DNA from: Lingula anatina
Lineage: Eukaryota; Animalia; Brachiopoda
DNA: 64,000 nucleotides
NCBI GenBank assembly: GCA_051362555.1
Contig: CM120640.1
Coordinates: 60,428,788 to 60,492,787, forward strand
Direction of reading: 5' to 3'
Part shown: in pieces, positions 25,280 to 37,736 of the stretch
Position numbering within the stretch: the stretch's first letter is position 1
How the letters are laid out: the number at the start of each line of letters is the position of its first letter
Notes under the pieces: generated by a model
Seen by the model: the letters and a program-made list of their open reading frames with translations, nothing else
Told to the model about the DNA's origin: nothing
Database searches by the model: none
Position numbers and translations under genes: made by a program

Positions 25280-28200
25280 ATGAGCGAGGAAGCTGTCGAA
25301 CACAAGGGTAAGTTTTCACTCTGGCGTTTTCTTTTTGTTCTCGTCGCACGAGGTCACGAATTCGAAGCTGTAACCTGCAGATATATTTAATTAGTTTACT
25401 TATTTCACTGTGTGGTAATATTACTTACTCATTAAAGCGCATTTCTCGATTTCAAGTTCACGCTTTTTTGTCTTCGTGGGTGAAGTTTTGAACACTCTTC
25501 TTTGGTAGGAATTGCACTAACTTCTCAACAAATCGCAGTGTACCTGCTCAGATTAGAACTCTGATTTTCAGTATATTTATAAATTCAGTCATAAGGTGAC
25601 TTTGATCAACGTCTCTTCCTTTTCGAAAAATTAGATTATCGATACACTTTTTTCCTGTTTTATAAGAAACTTCAAGCCTGTTCAATTATAACGAGAGATG
25701 ATAATTTTATCGGAAAACTAAAATCCAGTTCAATGCTTAATGAACCAATTAATTGACATGTTTTACTGACTAGTGTCTCTGTTGAAATGTTTCCAAATGG
25801 TTTTATATTTGTCATTGCAGATTCAGAAGGTGATGCAGCAGTCTTAGACGACATTTTGGAGACAACTGTTGATGATGATTTTCCTGCTGAAGAACATGTA
25901 GAGAAAAAACCAGGTATCAAAAAACGTCGTAATTCTCTTGTACAGCATGTATACAGGAATTGAGATACATATTTGTAATAATGAAGTGTTTGAGACATTA
26001 TCAAATTAAGAGCACATTTGAAAAGAAAATTTGTTTCTGAAATGAAAATTTACTTGTTTTTCATAGGGAGAAAAACTCGCAATAAGAAAGTTAGGCCTGT
26101 TAAGGCCCCAGCAAAAGGACGAGGAAAAGGCACTAAAAGGAATGCAAAGCCTACTGAACCGGAAGATACCCCTGAATTGGAGGATGAAACCATAGATGAA
26201 GAAGAACAGTTGAAGGAAATGGAGAAGAGACGTAAAGAGTTGGAGAGGATGAATGCTGAAAAAGAGCGGGAGGTCAAGAGACTTAAAAGAGAGGAGAAGG
26301 CTTTGAAAGAAGCAAATGACAAAGGTTAACATATTTCCTGACTTTTCTCTTTTTTAAATTCTTTTTACCTTGGCAGAGAATTTTGTATCTATCATGCTGT
26401 TAGGGGTGCATTTATAAATGTAAAAGGTATGTAAATTCAGTATTTGATAGAGGTATTTATTTTTCAATGGATAGTCAAATAGGGTAAGACTAGTCATTTA
26501 GGTAAAACCATGCATTGCATTAAAATGCAATCAAGGAGCTTAGTTGCAAGAAAAAGATTAATGAGTAGTCAGGGTAGGGGTGGGGGTTTACACACCCCAT
26601 GGATTAAAATCGAAAATATATCATTTGGCAATAAAACCTCTCCCTTGAGTGAGCATTTTGTTTGGAAACTGACCTCCCTCCCTGCATCTGCAGGTACAAC
26701 TGAGGTGGAAGCTCCTAAGTTAAAAAAGAAGACTTCTAAGAAAAGGGGTAAGAAGGGTATGTTAGATGTGAAACTCCATATAGTTGTAGCTATAGATATT
26801 AGCATAATGTATATACTTTAACACAAAAAATGTTTCTTCTTTTACATATTTATTACTTAAGTATGAAAAGGAGTGTTAGTGCATTTTGGTTCAGAATTTA
26901 AAATCCTTACAATATATAAGTTACTTTTCATATACAGACACTAAGTGTCTGTATATATATGATCGGTCTGTCTGTCCATGTCATCGCTGTCCGTCTCGTG
27001 ATGTTCGACCCATAACTGTCATACCATATTTTTGTTTTACTTTAAATTTACTGTGTTGCTTTGTTTGGTAAAGAAGCAGTTTGCTAATGAAAATTGGCAT
27101 GATCCGTTCACATTTAAGTTTTTTTTACAATTTTGGTGACAATCGCCCCATAACTTCCAAATCATATTTTTGTTTTACTTAAAATTAATGACTGTTTTTT
27201 TTTTGTTTTTTTTTTTCAAAGAAAGCAAGTTGCTTTCAAAAATTGGCATGATCGAATCACATTTACAATTTCTGTTTTTTTGCACAATTTTGGTGACATT
27301 TGCCCCATAACTTCCAAGTTGAATTTTTGTTTTACTTTAAATTTACTGATTGGCTTTGTTAGGCCAAGAAGCAAGTTGCTTTCAATAATCTGCACATTCG
27401 GTTAACAATTATGGTAATGATTTGTTTTGTTTCAGTATTTTATGTTTCACACATTAGCATTTTCAGTGGCTTTTATAGCCCATGAAACCAAATTACTTGC
27501 TAGTTTTTTAATATCCATCTTACTTGTAGTACATTATGTAAGAGGATAAGAATGATTATGCTGTTTTAAAGCATTATGTGATGGTGGATCATAATTGGCC
27601 AAAACATTATTTGGTGCACTCTTTTCTGCATCTGAATGTCAGAACATTTGTCAGCTTTGCTGCCTTGTTTCCTCAATCGTGTCTGTATTTTTGTCAGCTT
27701 TGCTGTCTACTTAACCATTTGAGTCTGTTTTCCTAGTGGACAAAACAGGAAATGTCTGCAAAACCTTTATATGTCAGTTTGGCAACAATTTTTTGTGTGC
27801 TGGCATGCTATGAAAATGTTGAGAAGGCTATTACGTACATACATATATATGCTCCTATATTAGATTTTGTGTAATAAGAGAATGCTTCATAGGTGTTGTC
27901 TGTACATTTGTTATTGTTTTTCTTTTTCATTGTGGATTTGTTCAACTTTTTATTGTAGTTGTAATAAGGAACATATTAGATTTGCTTGTTATTATAATAT
28001 AAAGGCACCAAAGAAATTATTAGATAGTAATGATATCTTAAACTTTGAACAATTTATTGTCAAAAACTTTTAAATTTAATTATTGATACAGATGAAAGTG
28101 ATGGCAAAGTGAATGCTAGCAGTGCTGAGGAAGAAAAAGCAGATGACAATCCCGAGTATGACATCCGCAGTGAGGCAGGTAGCAGTGCCCATGGATCTGT

Positions 28201-31200
28201 AGCTTCTGGGTCTGGAGAAGGTGGGTTAAACTAGTTACAGGTTCCTAAACCGTGCATGTAAATTGTGACTTTGAGTTTTGTCACTTTTTTTCATTGCTGA
28301 AAAACAGTATGCACCAAAACATGATCAGTTTTAGTAGAATCTTCTTGCCCCTAAGTCCACCTGTTTTTTACATGGTGTTTTTACATGCTCTATTATTTAG
28401 AATCAGATGGCGAGGAAACGGGCCAACAGGGACAGAACAAAAGATCCAGTCGTAGCATATCTCCCATTGAGTGGGAAGCTAACCAACGTCCAAGTCGCAG
28501 TCGGAGCAAGAGTGGCTCAGGAAGTGGCAGTAGGAGTAGAAGCCGGTCAGGTAAGTGTTCTCAGAACAGCCTGCCCAGCACTGTCTTTTTACCAAAGGTC
28601 AAGGTTGCTTTTAAATAGGGTTAGTGGCATATTAAAATAGAACTATAAATATAACCAATTTTTTCTAATGTTAAGGTAGCTGATTTTGAATTGATTTTAA
28701 ATACTGATAGTTCTGCTTATGAATTTGTTTAAATTTTTATTTCCGAACTGTTCTGTTTTAAAGCAAGCAGAGAGAGAAGATCATCAGCTGAAAGGAGAGG
28801 TATGTTACTTCTTATTAACTGTGAAATTGGCTTAAGATGGTGAATTATGTTTAAGTTTATTTCATTTTTTGTTATTTATTTAAGACTTCATGTGATCTAT
28901 TCAGTTCACTAATTCTTGTTTCTTAAAGGGTTTTAAGTTATGACTTGAAGTAAATTTAGGGTAAAGGTTACTCCCACCCTGAGTGGTGAAAATGAGGGGT
29001 TTTACCCTAAGAAAATTTACAAGTAACTTGTTGCACATGGCATAACCCATAGGCCAGGCTGATGTCAGTAAAACTAAAAATACTTCTCATCAATGGCATT
29101 TTAATATTTGAAGGAAATCATTTTTTTCCAGAATATCAGCATAAGTTAAGACACATCTTTAGAGAGGCAACCTATTTCATTATTAAAAGCAACAATCATG
29201 AGAATGTTGCTCTTGCCAAAGCTAAGGGTGTATGGTCTACCCCTCCACAAAATGAGTTTAGGATCAATAAAGCCTACAGGGTAAGTGGATTATTGGATGT
29301 ATTTAATTTTTGAATTTTGTGGAATCCAAATTTGTATATGTAAAAGTAAGATGTAAGCTAAGTGGTGTAATTAATGTACTGCATGATATAAGAGGTGCTT
29401 TTTCATCCCTTTTTTTAAAACTTCTTTATTTTATAGGAAAGCCGTAACGTAATTCTCATCTTCTCTGTAAGAGAAAGTGGAAAATTTCAAGGTAAGTTAA
29501 TGATCACTTTACTCTTAACAAACCAAAGTACTTGAAACCCTTCCTCCTCAGGTCGTGTATCCTCTATGGCTATCATGTTTTGAGGGGTTCTGTTTGTTTA
29601 TCGGTGTTACAATGATTTTAAAGATGTAAATGTCTTCAAATTTTATAAGTCAATATTATTTTAAAAAAAAAATTCAGGAACGTGTTTTTCATTTTTTGAT
29701 GCAGGGTATGCTCGTGTAGCAAGTGAATCAGATAAAGATCATCCACCAATCCGCTGGGTGCTACCTCCAGGGTTAAGTGCCAAGGCCCTTAGTGGAGTGT
29801 TCAAGTTGGACTGGGTGACCAGGTATACTCTTTTAGTTTACATCATTAATCTAGGATGGAAATTGGATATTGTAGACAGTATGATTCTTCAATTAATTGA
29901 CATTTTATCATAATTATGTATTTATATGCAATGCATCTTATTGTTCATTAAGTTGTAACAGTCTGATATGTTTTGTCTTTTACAAGGAGAGACCTGCCAT
30001 TTACTAAGACAGCCCACCTCCTCAACCCATGGAATGACAATAAGCCAGTCAAGATAGGGAGAGATGGACAGGTAACAGTCATGCTTTGCTGTTGAAGAGT
30101 GTGTTATATGGGGTGTTCTGAAACTATTTATACTAAGTTTACTGCAACACAGATTACTGCAACAAAGATATATTGATATTGTACACCATTTGTACATGTA
30201 CTCCCTTTACATGTTCTGTGTGATGTATGACAGTGACTGCCCAGGAATCCTATTGTGCTTATGTCCACAAATGACTTAATTTATGTTTGCTATACTTACA
30301 GCCTGTGGAGCCAAGGTGTGGAGAAGCACTGTGTAGGATGTTTCCAGCTGATGAAGCTATAGATATTTCTGCTATCACAAGGAAGGCTAAGGCCAAAGGA
30401 CCTGCAAAATTTAGTAGACCACCACCCAGAGAAAGTTTTCCAAGACGAGGAATTTCACCTAGGTTAGAGACATTCAAATTTGGACTTAATTTCTCATCTC
30501 AAATATGGACAGTTTGTTATGAATACTGTTATAGACTGGGAGCAATTTCTGTTTCACTCCATTTTGTTACTTGAGAAACCATCCTGTATAAATGGTTTTT
30601 CTTCTGAGATACATCATATTCAACGGAATATGTTGTCACTTCTGCCAAAAAATGATGGCAGCATAAGACTGACGTGTAGTCAGTGTTTGGTTCATGCACA
30701 AGGTGTGATAAGGCAGGTAAGTTATCTTCATGGACTGTGATTGTTGTGTGCAGGTGACATCATCATGTAAACAGTTCCTTTACAGGTAAATTTTGGAGTT
30801 GCAATTGGCTGGCTGAACTAAGAGGCCAGTTTCTGTCCTGTTCATTGGAAACCAGAGAACACAAGTCAGCCACAGATGGTAACAAGGTGGATTTCAGTCA
30901 CATGCAGAAGCCAACCACTTGGAATTTCTGTGCTTCTTAACCAGGAGTTTCTGCACATGTTTACATGTGTGTGTATCATCATCAACAGCAGCAGCATATA
31001 TCGGCAGACACTTGCCCCCAGTCCACACACAGACACTGAAGGACTCTTTCTTCAGTAGCTCTGAGGGCGGTTTATTGCTGCATGCACACACACACATAGT
31101 TCATTCAGATGTAGTGGACTTTTTGTTTCTTGCTTTTCTGTATTGGTGGTGGCCAAAACCTCAAGACAAGGGGGACATAGATAACATGTGCAGTAAGACT

Positions 31201-34200
31201 GTTAAAGGACACTTATGTTTTGTATCATATTGCTTATCCAGTGTGAAATGAGAAAATGGACTGCATTTTGTCCTAATGGACTACATTTCATACATAATAA
31301 ATAAACTTTACTACTTGGAAGCATCATGATACCAAATAGAGCTTGTTAGATCTTGGCGGGGTAAGGACCTTCAGCTGTTTACTCCGCCAAGAAAACAAGA
31401 TAGTCGTGGACTAAATGCTCAAATAAAAAGAAGCAAATGCAGAAATATTCAAATGTTAAGGACTATTTGTAATCACAAAGGACTAGTTGAGCATGTCCCT
31501 TCAAAATGCAGGACTTTCCTGAATGCAGTATTGGACTTTAAACAATCAGGGGTATGTTAATATATCTCTTGTTTTGTCTAACAAAATATGCTTTGTAATG
31601 GAAAAAGCTGAACATCAGAGCTATAGCTTTTTTGGCAGTTGACAGTATTTCCATACTAATACCAATTTTGAAATTAACAACTTGCTACACTTTTGATGTT
31701 TAGGACAAAATTAGGACAAAATCCATTTTATTTTGGAATGATTGAAATGCTGTTTAAAACATCCTTGAAGTGATTTTTGAGAGAAAGAATACTGTACAAA
31801 TCATTATTATCGTAAATAACATTTTGGACAATTTATTGGTATACCTTATTGTTTTGTTCCATTTTAAACCCTTGGTTTTTATCATTATATAACTTGTCCT
31901 TTATAATCAATTAAATTTTTATGACTTGTGGGGCATGTTGAACATACCCCAATTTTTTTATGAAAGTTATGTCCATGGATGTATGAAACAAAGCTGCAAT
32001 GTGTGGACTGTCAAAGCCAAACAAGCTATTTCAATTGCTTAGCCATTTGGCAAATGTTCTAAAATCTGAAAGTGGTGTTTACTACTTCATAAAGTAGTGA
32101 ATTTGAAAAGGTAAGGAATTGAACCACCCATGTTCTTATGTATAGAGTGGTATTTTCTTTTTGACAATTATATATTATTGAATTTTCAGGTTTTGATACA
32201 GCGAGGAAAAAACTGATGCCCATGTGTTGTGGTATTTTTTACAATACATGTATAGTAAAAACATTTTCAGTTGCATGTGATAATTATGCCTGAACTTTTA
32301 TTTCTGGTAGGCGTCGCCCCAGCAGGCGAGAATCTTATGAATATGAACCAAGACCTAAAAGGGGTAGATTGGATATGGGAAGAGATCCAGGTAGAGACGG
32401 TATGTTGTTTTCTGGCCTCAAAAAGCCTGTATATGTATGTTGGAATAAAGGAAGTTCTTTATTTTAAAATAATCTTTTTAAGGTGCTTAAAAGTTTGTTG
32501 TTTTTTTGTGTGCGTGTGTGTGAATGATCTTTTCTATAATACATAACTTCCCAAACTTATGAAAGAAGGGAAGAGAGAAATAGCTTTTTTAAAGAATGGT
32601 ATGTTGAATCGTTTTAGTTCAGTCTGATATGGATTTATTTCAGCATATAGACGAGACCGGCCTTCACCAAGGACTTATGCTGGAGTCCGTAAAGAGACTT
32701 TTATCAATGGGGTGAGTCATTAGTCATCAAAATATGAATGTATACAAGTAAAAATTAACTTGAGTAAAACAATTCAGATACAGATTTCCAATCAAAATAG
32801 TTTTCGTTGTGAAAAAAAGCAGTCAGCATTTGTACACTTTAACTAGCAAGCATGAAGACTTGATGTTGGTCATAGTATTTTGGAGTGAATTGATGTAAAT
32901 AGAAAGGACGAAATGAGAAGAAATATCCTGCATCACAACAGTTTTCCTCTTAAAAGGATGGCAGATGAGGGGCTACAGTGTAGTGCTAAGTCTGTGTACA
33001 ATGTACTACAATGTAGTTCTGAGTTTGTTGATCCTTGCCTACTCCTCAGCTGTCCTCTGATGTACCAAGCCCTCCTGCCTCCCTTGTAATGAACTAATTT
33101 TTAAATTTCTCTTTCAGTATTTATCATTACAAAACATTTTTCTTTTCTTTTCTTTTCTCATTCATCAATAGATATTTATTAGTTAATTGGTTATATTTTT
33201 AGGTTCTCTTAAAATGAGCATATAATGCTCAAAGCGATTTGCCATCTTCATATCTACATACTTTTATATAATTCACATGAACTAATAAATATGTTTAAAA
33301 AAAAAGATGGCAACAAGAATATATGCGAGACCTGTCATGGTTCATGGCATTCTGTATCGTTTCCAGTCATACCATGACTACATGCGTGAATTCCAGCACC
33401 GAGCCCCTCCCATGCCACCAATGACAGGACAGTGGATACCAGCTGTAAGTAATGTGCATACACAATGATGTTAAGGAAGTAGACTAGATTTTTTTGTGGG
33501 TCTATTTATCTGTGTCTCTCTGTGGATAGTCTTATCTGGCCAACTTCTACAGTTTGTTACAAATTACATCTCGATGAAACCAACATTAGGTTTGACAAGT
33601 ATCAAGGTCTTTGGAATTTTGTCCTGTCATCTCCTTAGTTTTCTGTCAATTTTTATGAAAGGTTAGTTACATGGGTGAAAACCTGCCTGTCCCAGTCACA
33701 AACTTCTGAACGTGAGAACTGGAAAGACCTTATTTGAATAATGACTGAAGTAGAACTTAAATTGTGTTTGTATATTTTGCTGTGGACTGAACAAAATAAG
33801 CTTTGAAGTATGGTTAATTGTTTAATGTTGTTGGAAACTTCTCAGTGTAAAGAAATGTTCTGTCCTGTTGCAGCCCATGCCATATGGAGAACACATGCCT
33901 CCATACCACCATCCTTATGACAGGCGAGATACATACGCTCCACCCTCAGAATATGGCCTCCCTTCTAGCAGCAGGAGGAGCAATGAAAAGAGGGTGGGTA
34001 GACAATACCATTTTGGAAGTTTATACTTCCAAACTGGTATTTTATACTTAAATGGGAACAAAAGACCAGGAATGTTTCGTTTGAGAGAAATAAGTTAGAT
34101 ACAAGTTTTTTTTCACTTAGATTGCATTTAAACATTCTGGTATGGACCATACTTTCTGTTGGTTGGCACCTCTTAGTATTTATTAATGTTATAATTTATG

Positions 34201-34347
34201 TTCTTTAATGGAGTATAATTTTTGCTTTTATGATTTACATTTTAAATGTTACCTTTATTTCAGTATGATAGAGAAGTTGACGACTTCTTGCGACGTACGC
34301 ATAGGGGAAGCAGTCGGGAGAGGCGTCATCGGGACAGCAGAAGATGA
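25280..34347 (+). CDS. YTHDC1: YTH domain-containing protein 1 (nuclear m6A reader), 17 coding exons
   Basis: N-terminal VLDDIL; YTH domain [23 protein letters not shown]...[12 protein letters not shown]...IRWVLPPG...[16 protein letters not shown]; [13 protein letters not shown]; [12 protein letters not shown]. Approximate exons 25280-25307, 25821-25912, 26067-26324, 26694-26756, 28092-28220, 28402-28550, 28764-28799, 29132-29280, 29437-29491, 29705-29822, 29987-30071, 30302-30462, 32311-32399, 32644-32712, 33367-33444, 33873-33993, 34264-34347. Confidence 0.96.
26926..27712 (+). mobile_element. Helentron-associated (HINE/pearl-like) element in YTHDC1 intron 4
   Basis: 5' ATACAGACACT with adjacent inverted copy AGTGTCTGTAT (26932-26954), GTCT/GTCC microsatellite, ~2.5 internal ~140-160-bp repeats, 3' subTIR GTGTCTGTAT (27679-27688) followed by CAGC-ttt-GCTG hairpin. 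Confidence 0.7.
30463..32310 (+). promoter_or_regulatory. DRACH/GGACT-rich YTHDC1 intron with alternative donor (candidate autoregulatory intron)
   Basis: 12 GGACT, 6 GGACA and 1 GGACC on the sense strand; perfect CAG|GTAAGT at 30714-30722 versus weak productive AG|GTTAGA at 30461-30468. Motifs are seen; function is inferred. Confidence 0.7.
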
Positions 34348-34993
34348 GAACAGCATGTAGCTTCATACTGAGACAATATATTTTCAGGAGAACAGACTGA
34401 AGGACCATTCAGCTGACTGTACTGAACTATAATGATCATTGATACATGTAGTTACTCCATTAGATACCAAGCTAGTAGGTACTTACTGCCAGTGATCATG
34501 TTGTAATGCAGTGAACTTGAACTTCAAGAAGACCAGTGCTTAACTAAATTGTGAGAAACAACAAAATGCCTGTTTGTTTTGTAAAAAGAAGATTCATTTT
34601 GTACACTCTGACATTGAAATGTGAATATTCTATTGTATATAATGTGAAGAAGACTTACTGGAGACCCAAAGTAAGTTGGACTTTCTGCTTGCTGTAAAAA
34701 ATATAAAGTTAGCAATGTAAAATTTATATTTTATGTTCTGATTGTCACATTTCAACCATGCAATTTACCTACCAGGTTAGTAATTTGCATACAAGATTAT
34801 TTCCATGGTAGAATTGATTGAAAAGAGACCATTATCAATTTAGTTATGGAAAGACTACATTGTCTGTGATCTTGAGCATCTAGAGATATTAAGTTAATGC
34901 TTAAGTCTTTAACTGTAAATGTTTTATTACACCAGTGGCAAATTTATAAACATTTTAAAAGGTATCTGTGTATAATAGAAAATGTTTTTGTTC

Positions 34994-35039
34994 AATAAAT
35001 AGTATACATTTATTAACTGTTATTATCATTAATTTTATT
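34994..35039. terminator. Opposing poly(A) signals of YTHDC1 (+) and PLEKHJ1 (-)
   Basis: AATAAA at 34994-34999 on +; TTTATT at 35009-35014 and 35034-35039 (AATAAA on -). Confidence 0.55.
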
Positions 35040-35224
35040 TTATAATTTTTTTGATCCACTGCAACACCTTGAGATCCAAGTAATTCTACTCGGGATGAAT
35101 TCAAAGAAACGGTACACGGATATTTCAAAATTGTTACAGTCGTGTTACCAAAGACAACAGCTCTTTACTGTCACTCTGCCCTGCTATTGGGTGGCATTAT
35201 GGTATGGATCCCATTCCTTTATGG

Positions 35225-37118
35225 TCATAAGTCAACAAGGAGTGCCTCCCCTATATCTAAAAACAAAAAAGGGTTCATATAATTCCCCTATTCACAAAGA
35301 ACATGTTACATAATTCAATGAAAAGGCTACTCTGAACACAGTACTGATTTATTCAGTAAGAAATGTTTAAAAGAGCCATTGGACCTTAACATGCAACTAC
35401 CTTTCCTTCCAATTTCTGAAGGGAAGAACAAACTGAAATGCTTGTCTTGTCTTATTCTGTGATGTTCTTTTGTCTCCTGCATGCTTGGTCTGACTTGCTG
35501 CTCACTCAAAGCTAATGCTGGACCCTAAAGCAATGAGGAAATAATGAACTGAGGAGATACAAATTTAAACGGACAGCAATCCTACATCACAAATGTTCTC
35601 TCTGAAAAAAAATTACATTCTTAACTCTATACAGGAAAAAAAGATAATCTCTTATACTGGTATCTTTGCAAACAACTACATGTATATCCCACCTTGCCTC
35701 TCCTCTGTGCTATTTGAGACCTCAAAACTTGGATTTTGGAGCGCAGATGATCAAAACTTGTTAAGGAAAAGGAATGCTTATTAGCCACATAAAACCAAGT
35801 AAATGTTTTCTAAATTATGTAATCTTCAGCATTCCCAAATTATTATTTTAAATTGCAATTCATGATTATTTATATGTTAATCATTTAACCACTGCAATCC
35901 ATGATAATAAAAATAATGGTGTATAAAAACAAAGGACATTTCTCTTTATCCACCTTGCTCTATTGATGGCATCCATCCATTCCCTGATTTGATTCTCATT
36001 TTGGCCACTGAACATATGCTTCTTGTCTCTGTCATCTTCAAACACTGAGAGATAAAAAAAAAAGCCTTCAGCCATGTGTGTCAATATGCAGTTTGATGTT
36101 TACCTTCTTGCATGATCAGGCAAAATGAGGGTGGGAATGGGTAATCTAAGACATGGGCACCAAAATAAATGGATGTATGTAAGACTCGGGTATGACTGCA
36201 ATAATGTAAAGAAGCAACTGAACATAACATTGTACTAACCAATTGAGAACACAAACAGACTGTTTCCATCCACTTCAATCTGTGTCCTGCATTTTTCAAG
36301 AACTAAAATACCACATGCCTACAAACAAAAAGTATTGCTATATAACATGATGTTAATACACATATTACAAACCACAAACTTGAATTTTAATAAAAATTAG
36401 AAAATATCCTTTAAAGCAGTATTTAATCATACATTTATACACATTACTCAGCTTATGCAAGGAGGGAACAAGAGGAGGTATGAGGTGAGCTCTCAGTTTT
36501 AAAATAACATTTTTGAAAGAACATTCTTTTAATGAAAGCTTGGAAATATAAACAGACATGAGATGTTGGATGAAGCATTTGGTGGGGATTAGGTGGGGGA
36601 TCAAAATAAAAAAAGGCCCTAAAATGCTAGATACACTTGTTAAAGTATTTTTTTAACTCGCCATTGTAACTGATACTTTCCTCAGTTTCTGACATGACCC
36701 CATGGTCCGTTCTGTAGTAAAACAGCAAATTGTTCTTCAACTTGAACCATCTTTCTTTGTAACCTGTATTAAGTAAATATTACAGAGGAATTGTAGATGT
36801 TCAGGTCACGGGCAATAATTTTTCATTTTTCAATAAACCGATACTTTACAACGTGCATAAATTTTTCTGGTGTCATTCTGCACAAGAAGTGAAACAAAGC
36901 CCCTCAAGTGCATTTACCATAGGGAACGCAAAGAACACAATTTAGTATTGAGAGAAATATTAAGAGAAATATACAAAAATCCAAAATTGAGAATTAAAAT
37001 TATAGATCTCATTTACTGAATTACCATTTTCCCTAGGTGGTTTGTGGGCCAATCGACCTTCGCGATCTGCTGATATCTTCCTCGAGACATAGCGCAGCTC
37101 CTTCTCATTGAATCTCAT
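35225..37118 (-). CDS. PLEKHJ1: Pleckstrin homology domain-containing family J member 1-like
   Basis: MRFNEKELRYVS...EGRLAHK..., YKERWFKLKNNLLFYYRTD, CGILVLEKC...FSI, VFEDDRDKKHMF...EWMDAINRA, SFDHLRSKIQVLRSQI. Approximate exons 37118-37025, 36763-~36677, 36318-36240, 36047-35954, 35756-35693, 35524-35402, 35256-35225. Confidence 0.85.
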
Positions 37119-37700
37119 TTTCTACAAAGCAAGCTTAATATCTGTTTTGGGTTTTAAGTGCTAAACCGTAAAACCAAGGTGATAGAACATTCAGGCTTGA
37201 AGTAAAACATCTTCTTGTATTTATCAAGTACCCACTTCACAACAAGCACCACCATTCTTTGGAGCCTCGTTCTCAGGGCAAACGCTAATATTGTGAAATG
37301 ATAGAGCGTTTCAAACCTACTATTTTGATGTCGCAATAGTCATTTGCGACATAGTCTACCGAAATGCTGGCTACAGGTAGATCTTTGCTAACGTTGGTAG
37401 ATCTATGAGGGTACAGTTGGGATCCTGTGTGGATAGAATGAAATATCCATGGCAGTGCTATATCATATTTGCAGAGAGGCTAATAAGTGAAATTTTATTG
37501 GACGACCACTTAACAAATTACCCCCCCCCCCCCCCCCATTTTGCCAACAAAACATTCCTACGAGGTCATTTCAGGAGAATCTACTGCAAACGCAACTGGC
37601 CTTACCACGTTTGTTGGTAAATAGCTTATGTATCGTTGGGACTTAAAAAGTGGGTTGTATGCGTCTTGGTGCTTGTGAACATCGGTGACCCCCCCCCCCC

Positions 37701-37736
<36 letters not shown>

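Noticed and set aside
35757-35953. U12-type branch sequence TTCCTTAAC before a PLEKHJ1 acceptor
   Set aside because: The donor is GTGGAT, not GTATCCTT/ATATCCTT, so a minor intron is not supported.
35225-37118. INPP4 as an alternative identity for the PH gene (similar MRFN..EL start)
   Set aside because: The gene ends after ~200 aa with no C2 or phosphatase domain and no room before YTHDC1.
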